NCBI GenBank assembly: GCA_964016885.1
Contig: OZ024743.1
Coordinates: 306,404,001 to 306,468,000 of the forward strand
Direction of reading: 5' to 3'
Source of the DNA: Eledone cirrhosa
Taxonomy: Eukaryota
Length of the DNA stretch: 64,000 nucleotides
The notes beneath the pieces were generated by a model. It was not told where the DNA came from. It worked only from the letters and a program-made list of their open reading frames with translations, and did no database searches. The position numbers and the translations under genes were made by a program. Positions 26,101 to 38,400 of this stretch are shown one piece after another (the stretch's first letter is position 1; every line of letters begins with the position of its first letter).

Positions 26101-26760
26101 GAAGCTCTTGTGCTTAAGCAACGACTCCGTTGGAATGGTCACCTTGCCAGGATGAAGGATTCTAGAATACCAAAACAACTCTTTTATGGAGAGTTGGTTA
26201 AAGGAAAACGACCGCCACATAAACCAAAAAAGAGGTATAAGGATTCCTTGAAAGCCTCTCTGAAAGACGCTAACATCTCTGCTGATACATGGGAGAATAT
26301 TGCTGCTGATCGTAATAAATGGAGAAAGACTGTATATGAGGGAAAAGTTGCCTTTGAGACATCTCGAATCGCATACGAGAAAGTAAAGTGGGATGTGAGG
26401 AAGGGCATTGCTGTTGCACTTCCAGACGGCGAGGTTCCTCCTATGGTGCTGACATGCAGCGTATGTGCGAGACTCTGCCTAAGCAAAGCTGGACTCGAAA
26501 GTCATCTTCGCAGTCATAAAGTAAGACCAGTGGTTGACTACCAGGCTGCTGTTGGAGATGCTACTCATCATACTTGCCAAACATATTGTAGAGAATGTAA
26601 ATCAGCAGGAGGGCTCAAGCGACATGCAAAAGTACACGAACTCTAACCACAGCCGACTATTCCCTGTAAGTGTTTTGGTTGCCGACTCTGTGCAAGACAT
26701 TTTATATCATTGGCTGGGCTAAAAAGCCACATTTGATCGCAGCGCTGTTAGTTGCTATCG
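23200..26760 (+). mobile_element. RTE-clade (BovB-like) LINE
   Basis: Single APE-RT ORF, short 3' end running into (TG)n. Confidence 0.9.
23206..26751 (+). pseudogene. RTE ORF (APE, RT, three C2H2 fingers) with nonsense codons at 24304, 26644 and 26734
   Basis: WNVRTL, LSETR, VYAPT, GDFNARVG, LDYV, TDH, NYRGISLL, FVDLTKAFDTV, KQG, LYADD and FVYLGS. Fingers CSVC..H..H, CQTYC..H..H and, after the TAA, CRLCARHFISLAGLKSHI. Confidence 0.92.
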
Positions 26761-26996
26761 TGTGTGTGTGTAGATATGCTTGTGTGTGTGCGTGTGTGTA
26801 TATATATATGTATATGTATATTATTATTGTTGTTGTCGTTATTATTATTGTTGTTATTATTATTATTATTATTATTGTTATTTATGTATGTGTGTGTATA
26901 TGTGTGTGTGAGTATGTGTGTGTGTGTGTGTATATATGTATGTATATGTATATATATATATATATTTCTTTTTTTTTGGGGGGGGGGGTTATTTTC

Positions 26997-27027
<31 letters not shown>

Positions 27028-27103
27028 TCTTTCTTCTCGTGCAATGGCCATATTCGATAACGAGGGGGCAGCCATCATATATATATACATGTGTATATAT
27101 ATA

Positions 27104-27172
<69 letters not shown>

Positions 27173-27379
27173 TTGAATTTTATTTCTCGCCCTAGCACAG
27201 CTGATACATAAATGTAAGTATACATATGTACACACATGCACACATACGCACACACACATACACACGAACACATACATACACACCTATATATGTATATTTA
27301 TATGTGTGTATGTGTGTATGTGTGTGTATGTGTGTATGTGTGTGTGTACATATATGTATGTACATTTTTTATACCGAAT

Positions 27380-27627
27380 AATATACGATATGTTTACGAA
27401 TAAACATTTGAAAGCCTTTAGCTATTAATCTTAAAGGTGATGGCCGACACCACCTACCTAGTTCCAGCAAAAGCAATGGGTACGTAACCTTTACAATGTC
27501 CACACAGCTGTCAGTTGTCCCCCCCCCCCCTACTTCTACAGGAACTAGATGGGTGGTGATGACCACCACCTTGAGAATTCATAGCTAAAGGCTTTCAAAT
27601 GTTTATTCATAAAGATATCGTATATTA
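27380..27627. repeat. imperfect ~85-bp inverted repeat with ~75-bp spacer
   Basis: ATACGATAT..GAATAAACATTTGAAAGCCTTTAGCTAT..CTAGTTCC versus GGAACTAG..ATAGCTAAAGGCTTTCAAATGTTTATTC..ATATCGTAT. Confidence 0.8.
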
Positions 27628-27914
27628 TTAGATATACGAACCTTACATACATACATTCACACACACAAACGCGCACACACACACACAGATGCGATCACAC
27701 ACTCACACACATGCGGTCACAAACACACACACACGAACAGAACCACAAAAACTCATCAATAGAGTTATAGTTTGTATATATATTACAGTTATAGTACACT
27801 GTATTACAGTTATGATATAGAGTATAATAGTTACAGTACAAAGAATAACATGTATACTTCACAATATAACAGTTAGGGACTGCTATAGTTTTGGTAAACT
27901 CTATAATAGTTCCA

Positions 27915-27962
<48 letters not shown>

Positions 27963-28000
27963 CTTCTATACACAATCATACACACCCGTGTATATTTATT

Positions 28001-28033
<33 letters not shown>

Positions 28034-28454
28034 AATGTTTGTAATCATGTGTACGTACTTAGATATCTATGATATAAGCATACACAGATGCCACATGTAT
28101 GTATGTTTATGGACACAGCGCATATGTGTGTGTGTGTGTGCGTAGTCAAACATATATGTATATATATAAATACTGTTTATATCATTAATGTAAATGATAT
28201 GTGTATTCGGATAAATATGCTGAATATTTACGATATTATCCATTTATATGGTGTTTATTATAGCATGATATTGGATATCATTGATATCTTGGATATTATG
28301 AATATCAGTGGATATCATTGGATAAATATGTGGATCATTAACAAGAGCAACGGCCGATCTGGTATTTTCTCGCTCGCATAAATCTACACACATATACACA
28401 CATGCGTCCATTCCCAACAAACTTGAATGTGCGGTCAATACCGAGTTTTCTGTC

Positions 28455-28704
<250 letters not shown>

Positions 28705-28845
28705 ACAAATAAAATAGGGATGTACGAATAAAACGAAATATAGATATATATATATATATATATATTTCATATGCGGAAAGTACAGCAAACGATACGTTAC
28801 GATGAAGATATATATCAGTTTAACTTTTGTAATAATAGAAAAAGA

Positions 28846-28884
28846 GTTCTGGCGTTTCAGGCGCTAGTCCTTCATCAGAAGATA
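28846..28884 (-). ncRNA. degenerate minimal hammerhead remnant
   Basis: Reverse complement CTGATGA AGG-ACTAGCG-CCT GAAA CG CC AGAA. The cleavage-site U is mutated and stem I is weak. Confidence 0.35.
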
Positions 28885-28939
28885 GAAAGAGAAATAAACG
28901 AAGAAATAGAAAGATAGCTACTGAGAAGGTTTTTTTTTT

Positions 28940-29281
28940 TTATCTTACTTCTATTGAGCAATGAAATCGTAAGACATTAGTGAGTGACTCATTATAGGCG
29001 CTGAACTGGCCAGCCGCAGGTGTGGGCCTCGCGAGTTGGAATAGCTCTTCCAGCGCATCTCCATTACCATCCTCCGGGGAAACGCCTTCTCCATTCTGTC
29101 CGTCGGGGCTGTGGAGCGGCCAGCACGTGGGACCCCATTTGCTCACCATACAGAGATATGGGGTGGGTGAGAGAGATGGGGCGATGACAGTAGGAGTTCG
29201 GCTCTTACACGTTCGGACCATATCCTTGTGGTTGTGTTCATACACAAAATATAATAGCACTTTTCTCTTGAACTGTTTCAT
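28940..29281 (-). other. unique GC-richer segment, possible exon (113-codon ORF with AA|GTAAGA donor-like site near 28948)
   Basis: Non-repetitive and open in one minus frame. No recognisable domain. Confidence 0.2.
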
Positions 29282-29459
29282 GAAACTGTTTGTCTATAGC
29301 ACATATACCATGCGGACATAGCAACGATATTAGACAAATCGCTCGATTGAATTGAGAGATCAACGTAAGAAAGGTTATACCTTCTTCTGACAGTGGAAGT
29401 GCTCAGACGAGACCAGGAACCATGGTTATGGCTTTGCTGTGGCAGCAGGAAATGTGTTA

Positions 29460-32400
29460 GTGGCAGTGGTGATGGTGGTAGTGTTGGTGGTAGTGTTGAT
29501 AGTAGTGTTGGTGGTAGTGTTGGTGGTTGTGTTGGTGGTAGTGTTGGTGGTAGTGTTGGTGGTTGTGTTGGTGGTAGTGTTGGTGGTAGTGTTGGTGGTA
29601 GTGTTGGTGGTAGTGTTGGTGGTAGTGTTGGTGGTAGTGTCGTTGGTAGTGTTGGTGGTTGTGTTGGTGGTTGTGTTGGTTGTAGTCTTGGTGGTAGAGT
29701 TGATGGTAGTGTTGATAGCTGTGTTGGTGGTAGTGTTGGTGGTAGTGTTGATAGTAGTGTTGGTGGTAGTGTTTGTGGTAGTGTTGAGTGTTGTGTTGGT
29801 GGTAGTGTTGGTGGTAGTGTTGGTGGTAGTGTTGGTGGTAGTGTTGGTGGTAGTGTTGGTGGTAGTGTTGGTGGTTGTGTTGGTGGTAGTGTTGGTGGTA
29901 GTGTTGGTGGTAGTGTTGGTGGTAGTGTTGGTGGTAGTGTTGGTGGTAGTGTCGTTGGTAGTGTTGGTGGTTGTGTTGGTGGTTGTGTTGGTTGTAGTCT
30001 TGGTGGTAGAGTTGATGGTAGTGTTGATAGCTGTGTTGGTGGTAGTGTTGGTGGTAGTGTTGATAGTAGTGTTGGTGGTAGTGTTTGTGGTAGTGTTGAG
30101 TGTTGTGTTGGTGGTAGTGTTGGTGGTAGTGTTGGTGGTAGTGTTGGTGGTAGTGTTGGTGGTAGTGTTGGTAGTAGTGTCGTTGGTAGTGTTGGTGGTT
30201 GTGTTGGTGGTAGTGTTTGTGGTAGTGTTGGTGGTAGTGTTGAGTGTTGTGTTGGTGGTAGTGTTGGTGGTAGTGTTGGTAGTAGTGTCGTTGGTAGTGT
30301 TGGTGGTTGTGTTGGTGGTAGTGTTGGTGGGTGTGTTGGTGGTAGTGTTGAGTGTTGTGTTGGTGGTAGTGTTGGTGGTAGTGTTGAGTGTTGTGTTGGT
30401 GGTAGTGTTGGTGGTAGTGTTGAGTGTTGTGTTGGTGGTAGTGTTGGTGGTTGCGTTGGTGGTAGTATTGGTGGTTGTGTTGGTGGTTGTGTTAGTGGTA
30501 GTGTTCGTGGTAGTGTTCGTGGTTGTGTTGGTGGTAGTGCCGTTGGTAGTGTTGGAGGTTGTGTTGGTGGTTGATTTGGTGGTAGTGTTGGTGGTAGTGT
30601 TGGTGGTAGTGTTGGTGGTAGTGTTGGTGGTAGTGTCGTTGGTAGTGTTGGTGGTAGTGTTGGTGGTAGTGTTGGTGGACGTGTTGATGGTTGTGTTGGT
30701 GGTTGTGTTGGTGGTAGTGATGGTGGTAGTGTTGGTGGTAGTGTTGGTGGTAGTGTTGGTGGTAGTGTTGGTGGACGTGTTGATGGTTGTGTTGGTGGTT
30801 GTGTTGGTGGTAGTGATGGTGGTAGTGTTGGTGGTAGTGTTGATGGTTGTGTTGGGGCTTGTGTTGATGGTAGTGTTGATGGTTGTGTTGGGGCTTGTGT
30901 TGATGGTAGTGTCGTTGGTAGTGTCGTTGGTAGTGTTGGTGGTAGTGTTGGTGGTAGTGTTGGTGGTAGTGATGGTAGTAGTGTTGGTGGTAGTGTTGGT
31001 GGTAGTGATGGTGGTAGCGATGGTAGTGTTGGTGGTAGTGATGGTTGTAGTGTTGGTGGCAGTGATAGTGGTAGTGTTGGTGCTAGTGATGGTGGTTGTG
31101 ATGGTAGTATTGTTGGTTGTGTTGGTGGTAGTGTTGGTGGTTGTGTTGGTGGTAGTGATGGTGGTAGTGATGGTAGTGTTGGTGCTAGTGTTGGTGGTAG
31201 TGATGGTGGTAGTGATGGTGGTAGTGATGGTAGTGTTGGTGGTAGTGATGGTGGCAGTGATGGTGGCAGTGATGGTTGTGTTGGTGGTAATGTTGGTGGT
31301 AGTGTTGGTGGTAGTGATGGTGGTAGTGTTGGTGCTAGTGATGGTGGTAATGATGGTAGTATTGGTGGTAGTGTTGGTAGTAGTGTTGGTGGTAGTGTTG
31401 GTGGTAGTGATGGTGGTAGTGATGTTAGTGTTGGTGCTAGTGTTGCTGGTAGTGATGGTGGTAGTGATGGTGGTAGTGATGGTGGTAGTGATGGTACTGT
31501 TGGTGGTAGTGATGATGTAAGTGATGGTGGTAGTGATGGAGGTAGTGATGGTGGTAGTGTTGGTGGTAGTGATGGTGGCAGTGATGGTGGTAGTGATGGT
31601 ACTGTTGGTGGTAGTGTTGGTGGTAGTGATGGTGGTAGCGATGGTAGTGTTGGTGGTAGTGATGGTGGTTGTGATGGTTGTAGTGATGGTGGTAGTTTTG
31701 GTGGTAGTGTTGGTGGTAGTGATGGTGGTAGTGTTGGTGGTAGTGATGGTGGTAGTGATGGTGGTAGTGTTGGTGGTATTGACGATGGTAGTGATGGTGG
31801 TAGTGTTGGTAGTGTTGGTGGTAGTGTTGGTGGTAATGTTGGTGGTAGTGATGGTGGTAGCGATGGTAGGGTTGGTGGTAGTGATGGTTGTAGTGTTGGT
31901 GGCAGTGATGGTGGTGGTGATGGTGGTAGTGATGGTGGTAGTTATGGTAGTGTTGGTGCTAGTGTTGCTGGTAGTGATGGTGGTAGTGATGATGGTAGTG
32001 ATGGTGGTAGTGTTGGTGGTAGTGATGGTGGTAGTGTCGTTGGTAGTGTTGGTCGTTGTGTTGGTGGTAGTGTTGGTGGTAGTGTTGTTGGTAGTGTTGG
32101 TGGTAGTGTTGTTGCTAGTGTTGGTGGTAGTGTCGTTGGTAGTGTTGGAGGTTGTGTTAGTGGTTGTGTTGGTGGTAGTGTTGATGGTTGTGTTGGTGGT
32201 AGTGTTGGTGGTAGTGTTGGTGGTAGTGTCGTTGGTAGTGTTGGTGGTAGTGTTGGTGGTAATGTTGATAGTAGTGTTCGTGGTAGTTTTGGTGGTAGTG
32301 TCGTTGGTAGTGTTGGTGGTAGTGTTGGTGGTAGTGATGGTGGTAGTGTTGGTGGTTGTGTTGGTGGTAGTGTTGGTGGTTGTGTTGGTGGTAGTGTTGG

Positions 32401-35400
32401 TGGTAGTGTTGGTGGTAGTGTCGTTGGTAGTGTTGGTGGTAGTGTTGGAGGTAGTGTTGATAGTAGTGTTCGTGGTAGTGTTGGTGGTAGTGTCGTTGGT
32501 GGTGTCGTTGGTAGTGTTGGTGGTAGTGATGGTGGTAGTGTTGCTGGTTGTGTTGGTGGTAGTGTTGGTGGTTGTGTTGGTGGTAGTGTTGGTGGTAGTG
32601 TTGGTGGTAGTGTCGTTGGTAGTGTTGGTGGTAGTGTTGGTGGTAGTGATGGTGGTAGTGTTGGTGGTTGTGTTGGTGGTAGTGTCGTTGGTAGTGTCGT
32701 TGGTAGTGTTGGTGGTAGTGATGGTGGTAGTGTTGGTGGATGTGTTGGTGGTAGTGTTGGTGGTAGTGTTGGTGGTAGTGTTGGTGGTAGTATCGTTGGT
32801 AGTGTTGGTGGTAGTGTTGGTGGTAGTGTTGGTGGTTGTGTTTGTGGTAGTGTTGGTGGTTTTGTTGGTGGTACTGTTGGTGGTAGTGTTGGTGGTAGTG
32901 TCGTTGGTAGTGTTGGTGGTAGTGTTGGTGGTAGTGTCGTTGGTAGTGTTGGTGGTAGTGATGGTGGTAGTGTTGGTGGCTGTGTTTGTGGTAGTGTTGG
33001 TGGTTTTGTTGGTGGTAGTGTTGGTGGTAGTGTTGGTGGTTGTGTTTGTGGTAGTGTTGGTGGTAGTGTTGGTGGTAGTGCCGTTGGTAGTGTTGGTGGT
33101 AGTGTTGGTGGTAGTGTTGATAGTAGTGTTCGTGGTAGTGTTCGTGGTAGTGTCGTTGGTAGTGTTGGTGGTAGTGTTGATAGTAGTGTTGGTGGTAGTG
33201 TTGGTGGTAATGTCGTTGGTAGTGTTGGTGGTAGTGTTGGTGGTAGTGTTGGTGGTTGTGTTTGTGGTAGTGTTGGTGGTAGTGTTGGTGGTAGTGTCGT
33301 TGGTAGTGTTGGTGGTAGTGTTGGTGGTAGTGTCGTTGGTAGTGTTGGTGGTAGTGATGGTGGTAGTGTTGGTGGTTGTGTTTGTGGTAGTGTTGGTGGT
33401 TTTGTTGGTGGTAGTGTTGGTGGTAGTGTTGGTGGTAGTGATGGTGGTAGTGTTGGTGGTTGTGTTTGTGGTGGTGTTGGTGGTAGTGTTGGTGGTAGTG
33501 TCATTGGTAGTGTTGGTGGTAGTGTTGGTGGTAGTGTTGATAGTAGTGTTCGTGGTAGTGTTCGTGGTAGTGTCGTTGGTAGTGTTGGTGGTAGTGTTGA
33601 TAGTAGTGTTGGTGGTAGTGTTGGTGGTAATGTCGTTGGTAGTGTTGGTGGTAGTGTTGGTGGTTGTGTTGCTGGTAGTGATGATAGTAGTATTCGTGGC
33701 AGTGGTAATGGTAATGATGGTGGGTTTTTTTGTAGTGATGGTAGTAGTGTTGGTGGTAGTTTTGGTGGTAGTAATAAAAGTAGTGTTGTTGGAAGTGTTG
33801 GTAGTAGTAATGGTGGTAGTGATGGTAATGTTGGGAGTAGTGTTGGTGTTAGTGATGGTAGTGTTGTTGGTAGTGATGGTAGTAGTGTTGGTGGTAGTGC
33901 TGGTAGTAGTGTTGGTGGTAGTGGTGGTGGTAGCGATGGTAGTGTTGGTGGTAGTGATGGTTGTAGTGTTGGTGGCAGTGATAGTGGTAGTGTTGGTGCT
34001 AGTGATGTTGGTTGTGATGGTTGTATTGTTGGTTGTGTTGGTGGTAGTGTTGGTGGTAGAGTTGGTGGTAGTGATGGTGGTAGTGATGGTAGTGTTGGTG
34101 CTATTGTTGGTGGTAGTGAGGGTGGTAGTGATGGTGGTAGTGATGGTAGTGTTGGTGGTAGTGATGGTGGCAGTGATGGTGGTAGTTATGGTTGTGTTGG
34201 TGGTAATGTTGGTGGTAGTGTTGGTGGTAGTAATGGTGGTAGTGTTGGTGTTAGTGATGGTGGTAATGATGGTAGTATTGGTGGTAGTGTTGGTGGCAGT
34301 GTTGGTGGTAGTGTTGGTGGTAGTGATGGTGGCAGTGATGTTAGTGTTGGTGCTAGTGTTGCTGGTAGTGATGGTGGTAGTGATGGTGGTAGTGATGGTG
34401 GTAGTGATGGTACTGTTGGTGGTAGTGATGATGTTAGTGATGGTGGTAGTGATGGTGGTAGTGATGGTGGTAGTGTTGGTGGTAGTGATGGTGGCAGTGA
34501 TGGTGGTAGTGATGGTAGTATTGGTGGTAGTGTTGGTGGTAGTGATGGTGGTAGCGATGGTAGTGTTGGTGGTAGTGATGGTGGTTGTGATGGTTGTAGT
34601 GATGGTGGTAGTGATGGTGGTAGTGTTGGTGGTAGTGATGGTGGTAGTGTTGGTGGTAGTGATGGTGGTAGTGATGGTGGTAGTGTTGGTGGTATTGACG
34701 ATGGTAGTGATGGTGGTAGTGTTGGTAGTGTTGGTGGTAGTGTTGGTGGTAGTGTTGGTGGTAGTGGTGGTGGTAGCGATGGTAGTGTTGGTGGTAGTGA
34801 TGGTTGTAGTGTTGGTGGCAGTGATGGTGGTGGTGATGGTGGTAGTGATGGTGGTAGTTATGGTAGTGTTGGTGCTAGTGTTGCTGGTAGTGATGGTGGT
34901 AGTGATGATGGTAGTGATGGTGGTAGTATTGGTGGTAGTGATGGTGGTAGTGATGGTGTTAGTGTTGGTGGTATTGACGATGGTAGTGATGGTGGTAGTG
35001 TTGGTAGTGATGGTGGTAATGATGATGGTAGTATTGGTGGTAGTGATGGTGGTAGTGATGGTGGTAGTGTTAGTGGTAGTGTGGGTGGTAGTATTGGTGC
35101 TAGTGATGGTGGTAGTGATGGTGGTAGTGTTGGTGGTAGTGTTGGTGGTAGTGTTGGTGGTAGTGATGGTGGTAACGATGCTAGTGTTGGTGGTAGTGTT
35201 GGTGGTAGTGTTGGTGGTATTGTTGGTGGTAGTGATGGTTAGTAGTGATGGTGGTAGTGATGGTGGTAGTGATGGTGGTAGTGTTGGTGGCAGTGATGGT
35301 GGTAGTGATGGTGGTAGTGTGGGTGGTAGTATTGGTGCTAGTGATGGTGGTAGTGATGGTGGTAGTGTTGGTGGTAGTGTTGGTGGTAGTGTTGGTGGTA

Positions 35401-38400
35401 GTGATGGTGGTAGTGATGGTTGTAGTGTTGGTGGCAGTGATGGTGGTAGTGTTGGTGCTAGTGATGGAGGTAATGATGGTAGTATTGGTGGTAGTGTTGG
35501 TGGTAGTGTTGGTGGTAGTGTTGGTGGTAGTGATGGTGGTAGTGATGTTAGTTTTGGTGCTAGTGTTGCTGGTAGTGATGGTGGTAGTGATGGTGGTAGT
35601 GATGGTGGTAGTGATGGTACTGTTGGTGGTAGTGTTGGTGCTAGTGTTGGTGCTAGTGTTGCTGGCAGTGATGGTGGTAGTGATGGTGGTAATGATGGTG
35701 GAGGTGATGGTACTGTTGGTGGTAGTGTTGGTGGTAGTGTTGGTGCTAGTGTTGCTGGTAGTGATGGTGGTAGTGATGGTGGTAGTGATGGTGGAGCTGA
35801 TGGTACTGTTGGTGGTAGTGATGATGTTAGTGATGGTGGTAGTGATGCTGGTAGTGATGGTGGTAGTGTTGGTGGTAGTGATGGTGGCAGTGATGGTGGT
35901 AGTGATGGTAGTGTTGGTGGTAGTGTTGGTGGTAGTGATGGTGGTAGCGATGGTAGTGTTGGTGGTAGTGATGGTGGTTGTGATGGTTGTAGTAATGGTG
36001 GTAGTGATAGTGGTAGTGATGGTGGTATTGTTGGTCGTAGTGATGGTGGTAGTGTTGGTGGTAGTGATGGTGGTAGTGATGGTGGTAGTGTTCGTGGTAT
36101 TGACGATGGTAGTGATGGTGGTAGTGTTGGTGGTAGTGATTGTGGTAGTGTTGGTGGTAGTGTTGGTGGTAGTGATGGTTGTAGTGATGGTGGTAGTGTT
36201 GGTGGTAGTGTTGGTGGTAGTGATGGTGGTAACGATGGTAGTGTTGGTGGTAGTGATGGTGGTAGTGATGGTTGTAGTGATGGTGGTAGTGATGGTGGTA
36301 GTGTTGGTGGTAGTGATGGTGGTAGTGATGGTGGTAGTGTTGGTGGTATTGACGATGGTAGTGATGGTGGTAGTGTTGGTAGTGTTGGTGGTAGTGTTGG
36401 TGGTAATGTTGGTGGTAGTGATGATGGTAGCGATGGTAGTGTTGGTGATGGTTGTAGTGTTGGTGGCAGTGATGGTGGTAATGATAATGGTAGTATTGGT
36501 GGTAGTGATGGTGGTAGTGATGGTGGTAGTGTTGGTGGTAGTGTTGGAGGTAGTATTGGTGCTAGTGATGGTGGTAGTGATGGTGGTAGTGTTGTTGGTA
36601 GTGTTGGTGGTAGTGTTGGTGGTAGTGATGGTGGTAACGATGGTAGTGTTGGTGGTAGTGATGGTGGTAGAGATAGTTGGAGTGATGGTGGTAGTGATGG
36701 TGGTAGTGATGGTGGTAGTGTTGGTGGTAGTGATGATGGTAGTGTTGGTGGTTGTGATGGTAGTAGTGATGGTGGTAGTGTTGGTGGTATTGACGATGGT
36801 AGTGATGGTGGTAGCGATGGTAGTGTTGTTGGTAGTGATGGTTGTAGTGTTGGTGGCAGTGATGGTGGTAGTGTTGGTGCTAGTGATGGTGGTAATGATG
36901 GTAGTATTGGTGGTAGTGTTGGTGGTAGTGTTGGTGGTAGTGTTGGTGGTAGTGATGGTGGTAGTGATGTTAATGTTGGTGCTAGTGTTGCTGGTAGTGA
37001 TGGTGGTAGTGATGATGGTAGTGATGGTGGTAGTATTGGTGGTAGTGATGCTGGTAGTGATGGTGGTAGTGTTGGTGGTATTGACGATGGTAGTGATGGT
37101 GGTAGTGTTGGTAGTGTTGGTGGTAGTGTTGGTGGTAATATTGGTGGTAATGATGGTGGTAGTGATGGTAGTGTTGGTGGTAGTGATGGTTGTAGTGTTG
37201 GTGGCAGTGATGGTGGTAGTGTTGGTGGTAGTGTTGGTGGTAGTGTTGGTGGTAGTGATGGTGGTAACGATGGTAGTGTTGGTGGTAGTGATGGTGGTAG
37301 TGATGGTGGTAGTGTGGGTGGTAGTGTTGGTGGTAGTATTGGTGCTAGTGATGGTGGTAGTCATGGTGGTAGTGTTGGTGGTAGTGTTGGTGGTAGTGTT
37401 GGTGGTAGTGATGGTGATAACGATGGTAGTGTTGGTGGTAGTGATGGTGGTAGTGATGGTTGTAGTGATGGTGGTAGTGATGGTGGTAGTGATGGTGGTA
37501 GTGTTGGTGGTAGTGATGGTGGTAGTGTTGGTGGTATTGATGGTGGTAGTGATGGTGGTAGTGTTGGTGGTATTGACGATGGTAGTGTTGGTGGTAGTGT
37601 TGGTAGTGTTGGTGGTAGTGTTGGTGGTAATATTGGTGGTAATGATGGTGGTAGTGATGGTAGTGTTGGTGGTAGTGATGGTTGTAGTGTTGGTGGCAGT
37701 GATGGTGTTAGTGTTGGTGCTAGTGATGGAGGTAATGATGGTAGTGTTGGTGCTAGTGATGGAGGTAATGATGGTAGTGTTGGTGCTAGTGTTGCTGGTA
37801 GTGATGCTAGTAGTGATGATGTTAGTGATGGTGGTAGTGATGGTAGTGTTGGTGGTAGTGTTGGTGGTAGTGTTGGTGGTAATGATGATGTTAGTGATGG
37901 TGGTAGTGATGTTAGTGTTGGTGCTAGTGTTGCTGGTAGTGATGGTGGTAGTGTTGGTGGTAGTGTTGGTGGTAGTGTTGGTGGTAGTGATGGGGTAGTG
38001 ATGTTAGTGTTGGTGCTAGTGTTGCTGGTAGTGATGGTGGTAGTGATGATGTTAGTGATGGTGGTAGTGATGGTAGTGATGGTGGTAGTATTGGTGGTAG
38101 TGTTGGTGTTAGTGATGGTGGTAATGATAGTGGTAGTGTTGGTGGTAGTGTTGGTGGTAGTGATGGTGGTAGTGTTGGTGGTAGTGATGGTGGTAGTGAT
38201 GGTGGTAGTGATGGTGGAGGTGATGTTACTGTTGGTGGTAGTGTTGGTGGTAGTGTTGGTCCTAGTGTTGCTGGTAGTGATGGTGGTAGTGATGGTGGTA
38301 GTGATGGTGGTAGTGATGGTGGTAGTGATGGTGGAGGTGATGGTACTGTTGGTGGTAGTGATGATGTTAGTGATGGTGGCAGTGATGGTGGTAGTGATGA

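Noticed and set aside
15403-26486. Antisense and alternate-frame ORFs over the LINEs
   Set aside because: Shadows of the retrotransposon ORFs.
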